A DNA stretch of 64,000 nucleotides from Anaeramoeba ignava BMAN. Lineage: Eukaryota; Protista; Anaeramoebae. The stretch's first letter is position 1. Each line of letters begins with the position of its first letter. This document shows, piece by piece, positions 25,401 to 40,146 of the stretch. The position numbers and the translations under genes were made by a program. Under the pieces are notes generated by a model. That model saw only the letters and a list, made by a program, of their open reading frames with translations, did not search any database and was not told the origin of the DNA. The DNA lies in contig JAPDFW010000068.1 of the NCBI GenBank assembly GCA_028826165.1, forward strand, positions 310,001 to 374,000, given 5' to 3'.

Positions 25401-28400
25401 TTGATAAATTTAATTAATTTCAAAGATATCTTTTTGTTTTCTTTGTTTATCTATTTCTCGAACATTTATTCCTTGATCTCTTTTCAAGAAATATTTAAGT
25501 TTAATTGAATCTACATAATTTCCTTTTTCGTTTATCAATGATAATCCAAGTGGTAAATTATTTGATAGATAAGAACATCCAATAATTCTGAATCCTTTGT
25601 TTTTCTCAAATGGTTTTCCATAAATATCTTTTTTTTCATCATTTTCATTTTTGATTTCTTCTTGTAATTCGTTATTATTATTATTATCATTATCATTTTC
25701 TGTTGAATTCCATCCATCATTATTATTATTATTGTTATTATTATTATTATTATTTTCTGTTGAATTCCATCCATCATCATTATTATTTTGAATTTCAGTT
25801 GAATTCCATCCATCATCATTATTATTTTGAATTTCAGTTGAATTCCATCCTAAATCTTTATTATCATTTTCAGTTGAATTCCATCCTAAATCTTGATTTT
25901 CATTTTCAGTTGAATTCCATCCTAAATCTTTATTTTCGGTTTTATTTTCATTTTCAGTTGAATTCCATCCTAAATCTTTATTTTCGGTTTGATTTTCATT
26001 TTCAGTTGAATTCCATCCTAAATCTTGATTTTCAGTTTTATTATCATTTTCAGTTGAATTCCATCCTAAATCTTTATTTTCAGTTTTATTATCAGTTTCA
26101 GTTGAATTCCATCCTAAATCTTTATTTTCGGTTTTATTATCAGTTTCAGTTGAATTCCATCCTAAATCTTGATTTTCGGTTTTATTATCAGTTTCAGTTG
26201 AATTCCATCCTAAATCTTGATTTTCAGTTTTATTATCAGTTTCTGTTGAATTCCATCCTAAATCTTGATTTTCAGTTTTATTATCATTTTCAGTTGAATT
26301 CCATCCTAAATCTTGATTTTCAGTTTTTTTATCATTTTCAGTTGAATTCCATCCATCATTTTCATTTTCATTTTCATTTTCATTATTATTGATTGAATTC
26401 CATCCATCATTTTTATTATTTTGAGTTTCTGTTGAATTCCATCCATCATTTTCATTTTCATTAATTGAATTCCATCCATCATTTTGATTTTGATTTTGAT
26501 TTTGATTTTGATTTTGATTTTTGATTTTGATTTTGATTTTCATTATAACTCATTTTATTTCTTTTTTTATTCATTCTTAATATTTCTTGTTCTTGAAGAT
26601 CTGGATATTCAATAGAATCTTCTGGGAAAAGTTTTGGAATATTATTTTCTTGTTTATTTGAATAATTTGATGGTATAAATGCTCCTGATAAAAGCATTTC
26701 TTCTAATTTAGTTCCACATTTTTCTTTCACAAGTTCAATAGTTTCTGATATTAAAATAAATTTTAATTCTTGCTCAAAATATGGTATTAATTTCTTTAAT
26801 ACATTTCGAATAATTATTCTTCTTTGTTTATTCCATTTCTTTGTTATTTCTGTTTTTTCTTTGCTTAAATATAATTCTTCCATTGGTTTTTGAATTTCTT
26901 CATATTTTCTTTGTTTTTCATTTTCATTTTTATTTTTATTTTTATTTCTATTTCTATCATTATTATTATTATTATTAATATCATCTCTAATATTTTCTTC
27001 ATTTTCTTTATTATTTTCTAAATCAAGTTCTAAATCTTCATCTTCTTCATCATCTTCATCTTCATCTTCATCATTTTCATTTAAATCATTATTTGAAATT
27101 GCTTTAATAGGTAATTCAATTTTAATATTAATAAATCCTTCTTTTTCAGCTTTAACAATCCATAAAAATTGTTCATCATTAAATGCTTTGCTTGGTTTTT
27201 CTTTGATAAGTTTTAAATTTCCATAAATATGAAATGTATCAATTTCTTTTTTTCCTTTTTCTGTTGGTTCTGTTGATATTCTTGCAAATTTCTTAAATAA
27301 TATTCTTAATGATGATCTTATATTTGGATCAGAAATTATTTCTTGTTCAAGAATATATCTTGCTCCTCTTAATGCTTCTCCTCGTGTTGGGAATTCTCTT
27401 GATAGAAAATCTAATGCAATATCTTCAGGCTCTCGAATAGAATCATGTGGTGTATAAACTCTTTCTCCATGAATTAAATTCATTCCAAATTTAAATGATG
27501 ATATTCCAAATACATCTGCAAGTTTACGAAGTCTTTTGATTCCAATTAAATATCTACTTTTATTTATATTTGTTGTTTGTTTCTTTTGTTTATTAATTTC
27601 ATGATTAAGTTGAAAATATTGATAAATATCATCAATTTCTTGTTCACTTTGACTTTCTTCAAGAAGTTCAAAAACATCATGTTCTTCTCTTGTGAAAAAT
27701 CTTCTTCCTCTTTCATTTTCATTTTCATCATTTTCATCATTTTCATCATTTTCTTGTTCTTGTTCTTCTCTTTCAATTACTTCTTCATACATTTTCTTAA
27801 AAAATTCTTTTCTTAAACATAAATGTTCATATTTTTGTTTCCATTTATAAAGTATCCATAAATCATATCTTTTCAATTCATAAAGATATTGTTCTTTTCT
27901 ATACATCGTGATAAATCCTATTTCTAATTTTTCTTTATCCATCAATTTTAATATATTTAATATCTTTTTTTGAAGAGATGCTGATGTTGCTCTTTCAGGA
28001 AATCCATATGTTTGAATCCATGCTGCTTCTTTTAAATAATCTTCTTCTCTAAATTTTCTTATATTTCTCAATTTTTCATTTTCTTCTAATTGTAATCTTT
28101 CTGGAATATCTTTTTTCAAAATAATTTCATCTTTTTCAGTAAGAAATCTTTCTTCAAGTTCTGTTTTTGTGTATCTATTTTTAAGAATATCATAAATATT
28201 CGTTTCTCTTTCTTTTTCTTTTTCTCTTTTAAGTCTTTCCAAAGTATTTCTTTGAATTCTTAAATATTCATCTTCATCATCATTTTCATTTTCATTAATT
28301 TCTTCTCCATCAAAATTATCATTTTGGTTTGATGGAATTTCATTTTCTTCAATTTCTCCAAATAATGATTCTAAATATTGTTTTCTTGTCATTTTACTAT

Positions 28401-31060
28401 GTGATTCTTCTTGAAAATTTGAATTTTTTTGATGAATTTTTGATGTTTCATTTTGTGTATTTTGTGATTGGTTTGTTTGACTTCTATTTTTGAAAACATT
28501 TAATATTGTATTTTTTGTTGATTGAGATAATTCTGGATATCTTGAATTATCAAAATCTTCAAAATCTTCAGAATCATCAGAATATTGTGTTGCTTTTATT
28601 TTATCCTTTTCATTTTCATTTTCATTTTCATTTTCATTATAATTATCTACAATAAATGAATTATAACTTTCTATTTTTTTATAAATGAATTTTATAAATT
28701 AATTTTAAATTTTATGAATTTTATAAATGAATTTTACCATCTTTTTTTTGATTTTCTAAATGATATTTATTATCATCTTCATCTTCATCTTCATCAGTTG
28801 ATAAAAAATTTTCATTATCTATTGTATCAATTTCAATATCAGATTCATCATCTGAATTTATTGTTGAATCTTCAATATTTTCTTGTTTTTTTTCAAATCT
28901 TGTATCTAATACATCTTCTTGAATAATATCATCAATTTCTCCATCTGAAAATTCTTCAATTTTATCTAATTTTCAAAAAGAAATATAATTTAAATTTATT
29001 TATATATTTTATATTTAAATTTATTTATATTTATATTTTTATATTTAAATTTATTTATATATTTTATATTTAAATTTATTTATATATTTTATATTTATTT
29101 TATATTTATATATTTTATATTTAAATTTATTTTTTATACATTTAATTTTTTTTTATATTTATATTTTTTATTTTAAATTTATTTTTATATTTATTTTTAT
29201 TTATATTTTTATATTTAAAATTATTTATATATTTTAAATTTATTTATATATTTTATATTAAAATTTATTTATATATTTTATATTTTAGGTTGTTTTTTTA
29301 TTTTTATTTGTTTTTTTTTATTTATTTTTTATTTAAATTTTCATTTTATATATTTTTATATTTTTAATTTAAGGTTTTTTATATTTTTATTTTAAATTTA
29401 TTTTTTATATTTTATTATTTTAAATTTATATTTATTTTTTATTTTATATTTAAATTTTTTTTTTATTTTTATATTTAAATTTTTTTATTTTTATTTAATT
29501 TTATATTTTTTTTATATTTTATGTTTATTTTTTATTTATATTTATATTTTTTATATTTTAAATTTTATTTTTTTATGTTTATTTTATTTTTATATTTTTA
29601 AATTTGTTTATTTTGTTTTTATATTTGTTTTTATTTATATTTAATTTGTTTATATATTTTATATTTAAATTTATTTATATTTTTTATATTTAGGTTTATT
29701 TTTTTTATTTTTTTTTATTTTTATTTTTATTTTTATATTCAAATTTATTTATATATTTTATATTTTTATATTTATTTTTGTTTAAATTTATTTATATTTT
29801 ATATTTTATGTTTTATATTTTTTACATTTATGTTTAAATTTGTATTTTTTTTTTATTTATTTTATTTAAATTTTTTTATATATAAATATTTAATTTTTAT
29901 ATTTTTTATTTAAATTTTTTTATATATTTTTATTTTTATTTTAATTTTATTTATTTTTATATTTTATATTTAAATTTATTTGTTTATTTATTTTTATATT
30001 TATTTATTTATGTATTTTTTATGTATATTTTTTTATGTTTTATGTTTTTGTTTATTTTTTATTTTATATTTTATATTTTAAATTTGTTTATATTTATTTT
30101 AGGTTTTATTTATATGTTTTTATTTATATATATTTTATATTTTTTTGTTCCATTTATATATATTTTAGGTTGTTTATAATCATTTAAAGTTGTTTATATT
30201 TTTATATTTAAAAGGTTATTTTATATATTTTATATTTAGGTTATTTAAATATTTTTTATATATTTAAATTTACATTTTTTATATATTTATTATTTTTTTT
30301 TATTTTATATTTTTATTTTATGTTTTTATATATTTTATATTTATTTATTTTATATTTTTATGTTTATAATTTATTTTATATATTTTATATTTAAGTCTTA
30401 TTTATATATTTTATATTTTAGTTTTATTATATATTTTTATATTTTTTATTTTTATATTTTTATATTTTATATTTTAAAATTTATTTTTTATTTATTTTAT
30501 ATTTATTTAGTTATTTTATATTTAAAATTTAAGTTTTTATGTATTTTTATATTTTATTTATTTATAATTTTATTTTATATGTTTTATATTTAAGTTGTTT
30601 GTTTATATTTTATATTTAAAAATTTTTATATTTATTTTATATTTTTTATATTTTTGTTTATATATTTTATATTTTAAATTTATATATTTATATTTAAAAT
30701 TTTATTTTATATTTTATTTTATATTTATTTTATTTTTTTATATTTTATTTATTTATATATTTTTATGTTTAAATTTATTTTATATATTTTAAATTTATTT
30801 ATTTTATATTTTTTATTTTAGTTTTATATTTTTTTTTTAATTTATTTTATTTTTTATTTTTATAATTTTATATTTATTTTTGTTTATTTTTTCATTTTTT
30901 TATTTTTTTCTTTTCATTTTTATTATTTTTTTCATTTTTTCTTTTCATTTTTTCATTTTTCTTTATTTTCATCATTTTCATCATTTTCATCATAATAATC
31001 ATCTTTATTATCATCATCATCATCTTCATCTTCAAAAACTGGAATAAATCTTCTTCTCAT
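22433..31060 (-). CDS. SPT6: Transcription elongation factor / histone chaperone SPT6, left copy, with internal GW-repeat insert; five apparent 1-nt insertions (~26520, 25420, 25080, 24885, 23345)
   Basis: Acidic N-terminus with SFIVD, then DIPERLQL, YRKE, STEPTEKGKKEIDTFH, YqgF (KPHVIVIG, SLARRLQNP), HhH (FIPGLGVRK), LDKTRIHPENY, an S1 domain and tandem SH2 (HPYFKNI...RPSSKGINHLTLSWK). ATG at 31060, exon 2 at 28965-28738, exon 3 from 28671. The exon-1 donor is not resolvable in this noisy copy. Confidence 0.93.
25700..26480 (-). repeat. Coding minisatellite in SPT6: 18 GWNS motifs, core 48-bp (16 aa, DLGWNSTENDNKTENQ) unit
   Basis: GAATTCCATCC occurs 18 times on the + strand (25705-26467), at exact 48-bp spacing from 25912 to 26344. 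Confidence 0.95.
28970..30880. repeat. SPT6 intron 1 (left), degenerate 25-bp AT tandem repeat, low-quality sequence
   Basis: TTATATTTAAATTTATTTATATATT-like units; mirror of 59312-61245. Confidence 0.7.
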
Positions 31061-31210
31061 TTTAATTTTAATTTAAATTTAAATTGAAATTTTAATTGAA
31101 ATTTGAAAAAATGAAAAAAAAAATGAAAAAAAAATTTTTATTTTTATTTTTTTTTTTAAATAAAATAGAAATAAATAATAAAAGAAATAATAAAAGAAAT
31201 AATAATAAAA

Positions 31211-34200
31211 ATGTTTTTTAATGGAGAATTTACTGAAAAAAAAGTTGTTTCAATGCGTGGATTAAGGTAAAAATTGTTTTAAAAAATTTTAATTTTTATT
31301 TTTTAATTATTTTTTTTCTTTTTTTTTAAAATTAAAAAAAATTAAAATTAAAAAAAAAAGTAAAAAATCAAAAGATAAAGAAAAATTAATTGAAAATGTT
31401 AATATTGAAAGAAAAAAAAGAAAAGAAGAAAAAATTGAAAAAGAAAGTGCAATTAAAATTCAATCTTTCTTTAGAAATAGAATTCAAATTTTAAATGAAA
31501 AAAAAATTCAAAGAGAAATTTATGATCAAAATCAAAATGAAAATCAAAATAAAAATGAAATCAAAAAAATCAAAATCAAAATCAAAATCAAAATCAAAAT
31601 CAAAATCAAAATCAAAATCAAAATCAAAATGAAAATCAAAATCAAAATCAAAATCAAAATGAAAATCAAAATCAAAATCAAAATCAAAATGAAAATCAAA
31701 ATCAAAATCAAAATCAAAATGAAAATGAAAATCAAAATCAAAATGAAAATCAAATTCAAATTCAAAATCAAAATCAAAATCAAAAAGAAAATGAAATTAA
31801 TGAAGAAATATTTCATAAAAATATAAGTAGAATATGCTTTTTTTATTCACAATCAGAATCAAAAGATATTTCTCGTTTATTAACTGCTTGTTTTAATATT
31901 TTTCATCACAAATCAACTTTCTTCAAATTTGAAAATTCAATTTATTTACTCAAAAAAATTCTTTATCATTGTTTATCAACAATTTCAAATCTTTCTATTC
32001 AAAATGAAAAAGAAAAGAAAATAATAGATGGTCTTTCTCATTTTGTTTTATGTTTTACTGATGTTTCTTATCTCAATAATAATAATAATGATACTAACGA
32101 TACACTTCTTCAAATATTTAATTATTTGATTTCAAATAATTTTTATAATTTTATGAGAAATTTCTTTATCAAAAATACATTCATCAAAAATCAATTTCCA
32201 AAATCTCAAACTGAAGATGAAAAAATTATTATTCAATTTTTTTCTTTATGTCTCAGACCTTTAAATCTTCAAAGAAATATAACAAAAGAATCAATTTTAC
32301 AATTACAAAATCAAAATCAAAATCAAAATCAAAATCAAAATCAAAATCAAAATCAAAATCAAATTCAAAATCAAAATCAAAATCAAAATCAAAAACAAGT
32401 TCAAAATAATTGGATTGATCCATTCATTTCATTTGGAATCAATATTTTATCAATTCCTTTATTTTCTTATCGATTTCCTGAAAATATTGTTTTATTATTC
32501 AAAAGTTCATTTTTCTTTCAAGAAACACTTAATAGATTAGGAAATTATTTAAATGATTGGTCAAATTTACCAAAATCATTTGATAATCAAAATCAAAATC
32601 AAAATCAAAATCAAAATCAAAATCAAAATCAAATTCAAATTCAAAATCAAAATCAAAATCAAAATCAAAATAATGAAGAAACAATTCCAACAAGTATTTG
32701 GATGCTTGGAAACTTACTTCAATTAAAATTTAAAAATCCAAAAATTAATAATAATCCTCAATTAATTCATGTTTATGCAAAAACAATTTCAAAATTAATT
32801 TCAAAATCTCCTAAAAATTGTTTAGGTGTAGATTTATTATTTTCAAAAAATCAAAATCAAAATCAAAATCAAAATAATAATAATAACAATAATAAAAATA
32901 ATAATAATAACCAAAATGAAAATCAAAATGAAAATCAATTCCCAAAATATATACTTCCAGATTTACTCATAAATCAACTTTCAATCATGTATACAAAAGA
33001 ACATATTATGGAACTTTTCCAAGTTTTACTTAAATCAAATAATTCAAAAAACAATTCAAAAATATTAAATTCATTATGTAAATTAATTGTTAATGTTTTA
33101 ATAAGAGATGAAAATGTTTCTCAAAGTATTGTTTCTAAAATTGCTTATAATTATGATTTAATCAAAATAATTTACAAAGAATTAATTAATCAAGATTTTA
33201 ATCATTTTTGTTTAAAATTTCAAAATCAAAACAAATTTAAAATCAATTTCCAAAATTCAAATCAAAAAGAAAAGAAAAAGAAAAAGAAAAGAATAAAAAT
33301 AAAAATAAGAATATAATTAATATTGGATTAGTTTTCTTATCAAGTTATGAAAGTCTTTTATATATTTTAGATGATGTTGAATTTTTGAAGAACAAAAACC
33401 TTTATCAATTCAACAAGTTTTATCACTTTCAACTTCATTAAAAATGTTTTTATACAATTCATTTTATTCTCCATCTTTCAAAAGAAAATCTCAAAATCAA
33501 ATTTCATTTCAAAACAATCAACAAAAATCAAATTATTGAAAAAAATTTCATTAAAATTACTCAATTCACTTTATCAAAGAAATTCACGAAAATCATTTAC
33601 ATCAAAAATCATTGGCAACTTCAACAAATTAATTCAAATTCATTTATTGGAGAAATTTATTCTGAAGAGAAAAGTGGAAATAATGGGCCAGCTCATAAAA
33701 TATTAAAGAAAATTCCATTTTTCATTCCATTTGATATTCGACTTCAAATTTTCAAACGTAAAATTGCAGAAAATAAATTACAATTTATTGAAAATCCACA
33801 AAATCAAGAACCTGTTTATATTACGATAAGAAGAAATTATCTTGTTGATGATGGATTCAAAGAACTTAATCAAATCAATTTAAAAAAACAAATTCGAGTA
33901 AGATTTATTGATAAATTTGGAGAAGAAGAACCAGGAATTGATGGAGGAGGAATATTTAAAGAATTCTTAATCGAACTTTCCAAAACAATTTTTCAAGCTG
34001 ATTATGGATTATTTCTTAATACAGAACAAAATTTTATTTATCCAAATCCATCAAGCAATTTTGTAAATTCTGAAGATAAAGAATTATTTGAATTTTGTGG
34101 GAAAATAATCGCAAAATGTATTTATGATGGAATTCTTGTTGATATTCCATTTGCAAATTTCTTTCTTACCAAAATGCTTGGGAAATATAATTATATTCAT

Positions 34201-34878
34201 GATCTTTCTTCTCTTGATCCATTTCTTTATAAAAGTTTAATGTATCTCAAAACTTATCAAGGAAATTTTGAAGATCTTGAACTTAGTTTCACATTAACAG
34301 ATAATTTAGTTGGAGGAAATTCAATAACTGAACTTGTTAAAGGAGGAAATAAAATCAAAGTTTCCAAAGAAAATGTTATTCGATATATTTATCTTGTTTC
34401 TCATTATAAATTAAATGAACAAATCAAAACACAAAGTTTATCTTTTCTTCAAGGATTTTCAGAATTAATTCCATCAATTTGGATTAAAATGTTTTCACAA
34501 AATGAACTTCAAATGTTAATTTCAGGAGATGAACATAATATTGATATTCATGATTTAATGATGAATACCAAATTAGTTAATTTCAAACCAAATGATTCAA
34601 CAATTAGATTTTTATGGGAAGTTTTAAATGAATTTGGATTTCAAGAAAGATCATTATTTTTAAAGTTTGTAACAAGTACAGAAAGAGCACCACTTCTTGG
34701 ATTTAAAACTTTTCAACCACAATTTACAATTCAAAAAGCAGGAGATGATAGAAGAAGATTACCAACTTCATCAACTTGTTCAAATTTATTAAAATTACCA
34801 AAATATAAAACAAAAGAAGAATTAAGAGATAAACTTAAACTTGCAATTTCTCAAAGTACTGGTTTTAATTTTGCTTAA
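31211..34878 (+). CDS. UBE3C: UBE3C/Hul5-like IQ-HECT E3 ubiquitin ligase, left copy, broken by several 1-nt homopolymer deletions (~33285, 33385, 33525, 33605); intron 31267-31360
   Basis: MFFNGEF...VSMRG start, IQSFFR IQ motif, and HECT motifs (GIDGGGIFKEF, LPTSSTC, GFNFA). Colinear with the intact copy at 55228-59009. Confidence 0.82.
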
Positions 34879-35003
34879 AACATTTAAAATTAAAAAGAAA
34901 AAAAGAATTTGAAATTTGAATTTATTTTTTGAAAAGAATTTTTAAAAAGAATTTTTAAAAGAATTTTTAAAAAGAATTTTTAAAAGAATTTTTAAAAGAA
35001 TTT

Positions 35004-38000
35004 TTAAAAGAATTTTGATTCATCTTCATTCATTTTTTTCCAATATAAAAATGCAGCTCCAAAAACAATTTCTAATATGAATAAAATTATCCAATATCTT
35101 ATTTTTTTTCTTTTTTCAATTCCTTCTGGTAATTTTTCTGTTTCTCCTTGATAATTTTCAACAATTTCTAAATATATTTTTTTAGTTGATTCAATAATTG
35201 TTGGAATTTTTTGAACTTTATCTTTTAAAATATTAACTTCATTAATCATTTTAGGTCTTTCTTTTTTATCATCTTCAATTATAATTTCTTTTAATTCATT
35301 TAATCCAATAATTACTTTATCAATTTCACTTTTTTCTTCTGAAATTGTTCTATTTTAAATTAAAATTAAAATTAAAATTAAAATTAAAATTAAAATTAAA
35401 AATTAAATTAAATTTTTACTTAATCATTAAAGAAAATTCTTCTTGAAATTTTTGAATTAATTCTGATGATGATAATTCTTCATTTGTTTTTAATTGTTGA
35501 TTTAAAGTTTTTTCAATTTTTTCTTTTAATGAATTTGTTGATTTTTGAATTGAAATAACATTATTAACTGCTTTTAATATTGATTTTGTTTCTTCATTAA
35601 AATCAATCAAATAATCTTTTTCTTCATATTTTTTTGTTTTTAAATCTTCAATTTTATTTTCAATTTTCTTTTTGATTAATAAAACATTTTCCATTGTTAA
35701 TATTTCTTCTTCTTCTTCATTTTCTTCTTCATCTTCTTCATCTTTAATTTCAATATCTAAATTTTCTACATAAATTTCTTGATAATCTTTTTTTTCATTT
35801 TTATATTTTGATGGTGTTAAATCCATTGTTAAAATTGAAATTAATTCATGTTTATCTATTTTTTATAAATATTTTTTTAAATAATTTTATAATTAATTTT
35901 ATAATTATTTTTATAAATATTTTTATATATAATTTTATAAATAATTTTATAAATAATTTTATAAATAATTTTATATTTAATTTTATTTAATTTTATAAAT
36001 AATTTTATAAATAATTTTATAAATAATTTTATAAATAATTTTATAAATAATTTTATAAATAATTTTATAAATAATTTTATAAATAATTTTATAAATATTT
36101 TTATAAATTAATTTTATAAATAATTTTATAAATAATTTTATAAATAATTTTATAAATAATTTTATAAATAATTTTATAAATATATTTTATAAATAATTTT
36201 ATAAATAATTTTATAAATAATTTTATATTTAATTTTATAAATAATTTTATAAATAATTTAATTTTATAAATAATTTTATAAATAATTTTATAAATAATTT
36301 TAAATATTTTTTAATTTTATAAATAATTTTATAAATAATTTTATAAATAATTTTTGAAATAATTTTTAAATATTTTTGAAATAATTTTATAAATAAATTA
36401 TAATTATTTTTAAATAATTTTTTAAATAATTTTATAAATAATTTTATAAATAATTTTTATAAATAATTTTATATTTAAATTTATATTTAAATTTATAAAT
36501 TTTTATAAATAATTTTTATAAATAATTTTTATAAATATTTTTATAAATAATTTTAAAAATAATTTTATAAATAATTTTAAAAATAATTTTATAAATAATT
36601 TTATAAATATTTTTATAAATAATTTTAAAAATAATTTTATAAATAATTTTAAAAATATTTTTATATATAATTTTTTAAATAATTTTATAAATAATTTTAT
36701 AAATAATTTTATAAATAATTTTATAAATAATTTTATAAATAATTTTATAAATAATTTTATAAATAATTTTATAAATATTTTATAAATAATTTTATAAATA
36801 TTTTTATAAATAATTTTATAAATAATTAATTTTTATAAATAATTTTATAAATAATTTTTATAAATATTTTTATAAATAATTTTATTTAACCTGAAAGTCC
36901 ACCTGTTCTAGCAGAAACTCCAAAATAATATTCTGTTGGTAAATCTACATTTGAAATACTTGAACATTTTATCCATTCTCCTTTTGATCCTAAATCATAT
37001 TCAACCTATTATTTTTTTATTTTTATTTACATTTATATTATTATTTTTATTTATTTTTATTTTTATTATTTATTTATTTACATTAAGAATATTATTAAAA
37101 TAAGTAATTTTGATTTGAGATTCTTTTCCTAAATTTCTTGGTGATAATTCACAAAATCCTCTTACAATATCCATTCCATCTTTATTTCCATTATAAACTA
37201 AATTTCCATCATTTATTACAACTTGTAACATTCCTGGTTCTCCCTTTTATATATATATATATATATATACATACAATTTATATAATTTAATTTTCATTTC
37301 CAAATTAAAATTATAATTATAATAAATACAGATTTATCATTATCATAAGTATCTAAAAATACACCTAATCCAACAAATTTTTCCATATTTCCAAAAACAG
37401 GACCTGATATTCCTTTAAATTTTGTATACCAAAATGCAATTCCATCTGCTCCTACTTTTTTTCCTTCAATATTAAATGTAATTGTACTTGTCCAATATTT
37501 CATATCATTTTTCTATTATTATATTTATATTTATATATATTTATATTTATATTTATATTTATATTTATATTTATATTTATATTTATATTTATATTTATAT
37601 TTATTATTATATTTATATTTATATTTATATTTATATTTATATTTATATTTATATTTATATTAATTTATATTTATATTTATATTTATATTTATATTTATAT
37701 TTATATTTATATTTATGTTTATTTATGTTTATATTTATATTTATGTTTATATATTTATTATTATATTTATTATTATATTTATTATTATTATATTTATTAT
37801 TATATTTTTATATTTATATTTATATTTATATTTATATTTATATTTATATTTATATTTATATTTATATTTATATTTATATTTATTTATATTTATATTTATA
37901 TTTATATTTATATTTATATTTATATTTATATTTTTTATTTTTATATATTTATATTTATATTTTGATTTATATTTATATTTATATTTTATATTTATATTTA

Positions 38001-38914
38001 TATTTATGTTTATATTTTATATTTTATGTTTATATTTTATATTTATATTTATATTTATAATTATATTTATATTTATATTTATATTTATATTTATATTTAT
38101 ATTTATATTTATATTTATATTTATATTTATATTTATATTTATATTTATATTTATATTTATATTTTATATTTATATTTATATTTATGATTTATATTTATAT
38201 TTATATTTATATTTATATTTATATTTATATTTATATTTATATTTATATTTATATTTATATTTATATTTATATTTATATTTATTATTTATATTTATATTGT
38301 TATATTTATATTTATGTTTATATTTTATTTTATATTTATTATTATATTTATATTTATATTTATATATTTATATTTATTATATTTATATTTTATATTTATA
38401 TTTATATTTATATTTATATTTATATTTATATTTATATTTATATTTATTATATTTATATTTATATTTTTATATTTATTATATTTATATTTTATTTTTATTT
38501 ATATTTATTATATTATTTATATTTATATTTATATTTATATTTATATTTATATTTATATTTATATTTATATTTATATTTATATTTATTTTTATATTTATAT
38601 TTATATTTATATTTATATTTATATTTATATTTATATTTATATTTATATTTATTATTATTATTATTATATTTATAAAGGAAAAGAATAAAATGAATAAAAA
38701 TTACTAAATTATTCCAAATAAAACCTTGTTTATCAGTTTTATCTTCTGTTAAAATAATTTTATAACCATCAAGAATTGCATCTTCTCCAATTTGCCAATT
38801 TTTAAGATCTCCTCGAAAACTGTATCTATTTTCAAATAATCTCTTTGTTTCTGTTGTTTCAATCATTATAATTATTATTAAAAAAATCAATAAAAATATT
38901 CTTTTTATTTTCAT
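35004..38914 (-). CDS. L-type lectin cargo receptor, ERGIC-53/LMAN1-like, left copy, 6 exons
   Basis: Signal peptide, [43 protein letters not shown], coiled-coil stalk, TM helix and SKFF tail. Introns include 38704-37513 and 36890-35856. Confidence 0.85.
35856..36890. repeat. Lectin intron 4 made of 12-bp (ATAATTTTATAA)n
   Basis: Visible tandem repeat; 1035 bp here versus 686 bp in the right copy. Confidence 0.85.
37513..38704. repeat. Lectin intron 1 made of (TATATT)n
   Basis: Visible hexamer repeat; 1192 bp here versus 354 bp in the right copy. Confidence 0.85.
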
Positions 38915-39265
38915 TTTTTCTTTAATTTTTTTAATTTTTTGAATTTAATAAAAAGTTTGTTTTGTTTTTGTTTTGTTTTGTTTTGTTTTATTTTATTTTA
39001 TTTTTGTTTTTGTTTTTTGTTTTATTTGTTTTTGTTTTTAAAAGAAAAGAAATTAAATTTAAAAAGAAAAAAAATGAAAAAAAAATTAAAAATAAAATTA
39101 AAAAAAAATTTTGAATTATTTTATTTATATATTTTCTAAATCATTTTCTTTAATTCTTCTTTTTTATTTCTTTTCTATTTTTTTATAATTTTTTTAATTT
39201 AAAAAATTTTCATTTTTTCATTTTTTTTTTAATCTTTTTTTAAATAAAAATAAAAATAAATAAAT

Positions 39266-39717
39266 ATGGAAAAAGATTATGATTTAAAATGGATTTGTGA
39301 AGATGAAGAATATTTTAAACAAATTTTAGAATTAAGATATCAAATTTTAAGAAAACCAATAAATATGAAAAGAGGAACAGAAAATAATTTATTAGATGGA
39401 AAAAAAGAAACAAAACATTTAGCAGCAATTTTTGAAGGAAATGTTATTGGATGTGTTTCTATTTATGAATCAAATCAAACTCTTAAAATTTTTCAAATGC
39501 TTGTTGATATTGATTTCCAAAAAAAAGGAATTGGAAGAAATTTAATTAAAAAAAATTCAAGATGAATTTAAAGATAAAAATCAATAAAAACTATTTATTG
39601 TCATGCAAGAGCTCCAGTTGTTCCATTTTATGAAAAATTAGGATTTAAAAAGAAGGAGATATGTTTTTGAAGTTGGAATTGAACATTATAAAATGATTTA
39701 TCAAAAATCAAAATTAA
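39266..39717 (+). CDS. GNAT acetyltransferase (ElaA/YjcF-like), left copy, frameshifted in A-runs
   Basis: Matches 51632-52084 apart from homopolymer indels at ~39550, 39578, 39650 and 39705. Confidence 0.78.
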
Positions 39718-39719
39718 AA

Positions 39720-40115
39720 TTAAAATTAAAATTAAAATTAAAATTAAAATTAAAATTAAAATTAAAATTAAAATTAAAATTAAAATTAAAATTAAAATTA
39801 AAATTAAAAATTAAAATTAAAATAAAAATTAAAATTAAAATCAAAATTAAATTAAATTTAAAATTAAAATTAAAATTAAAATTAAAATTAAAATTAAAAT
39901 TAAAATTAAAATTAAAATTAAAATTAAAAAATTAAAATTAAAATTAAAAATCAAAAATTAAAAATTAAAATTAAAATTAAAATTAAAATTAAAATTAAAA
40001 TTAAAATTAAAATTAAAATTAAAATTAAAATTAAAATTAAAATTAAAATTAAAATTAAAATTAAAATTAAAATCAAAATTAAAATTAAAATCAAAATTAA
40101 AATTAAAAATTAAAA
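39720..40115. repeat. (TTAAAA)n intergenic microsatellite
   Basis: Visible; its mirror is at ~51395-51630 and is shorter. Confidence 0.85.
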
Positions 40116-40146
40116 ATTTCATTTTTTTCTTTTCATTTTTTTTAAA

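Noticed and set aside
25700-26480. CRISPR-like appearance (constant repeat plus variable spacer)
   Set aside because: The spacers are related to each other, all lengths are multiples of 3, the array is in frame within SPT6, and there are no cas genes in this eukaryotic context.
13130-26530. Programmed +1 ribosomal frameshifting (Euplotes-like), since six shifts here are all +1
   Set aside because: There is no shared slippery-codon-plus-stop motif, several shifts lie far from the next stop, all sit in homopolymers, and the ~26520 shift is absent in the right SPT6 copy.
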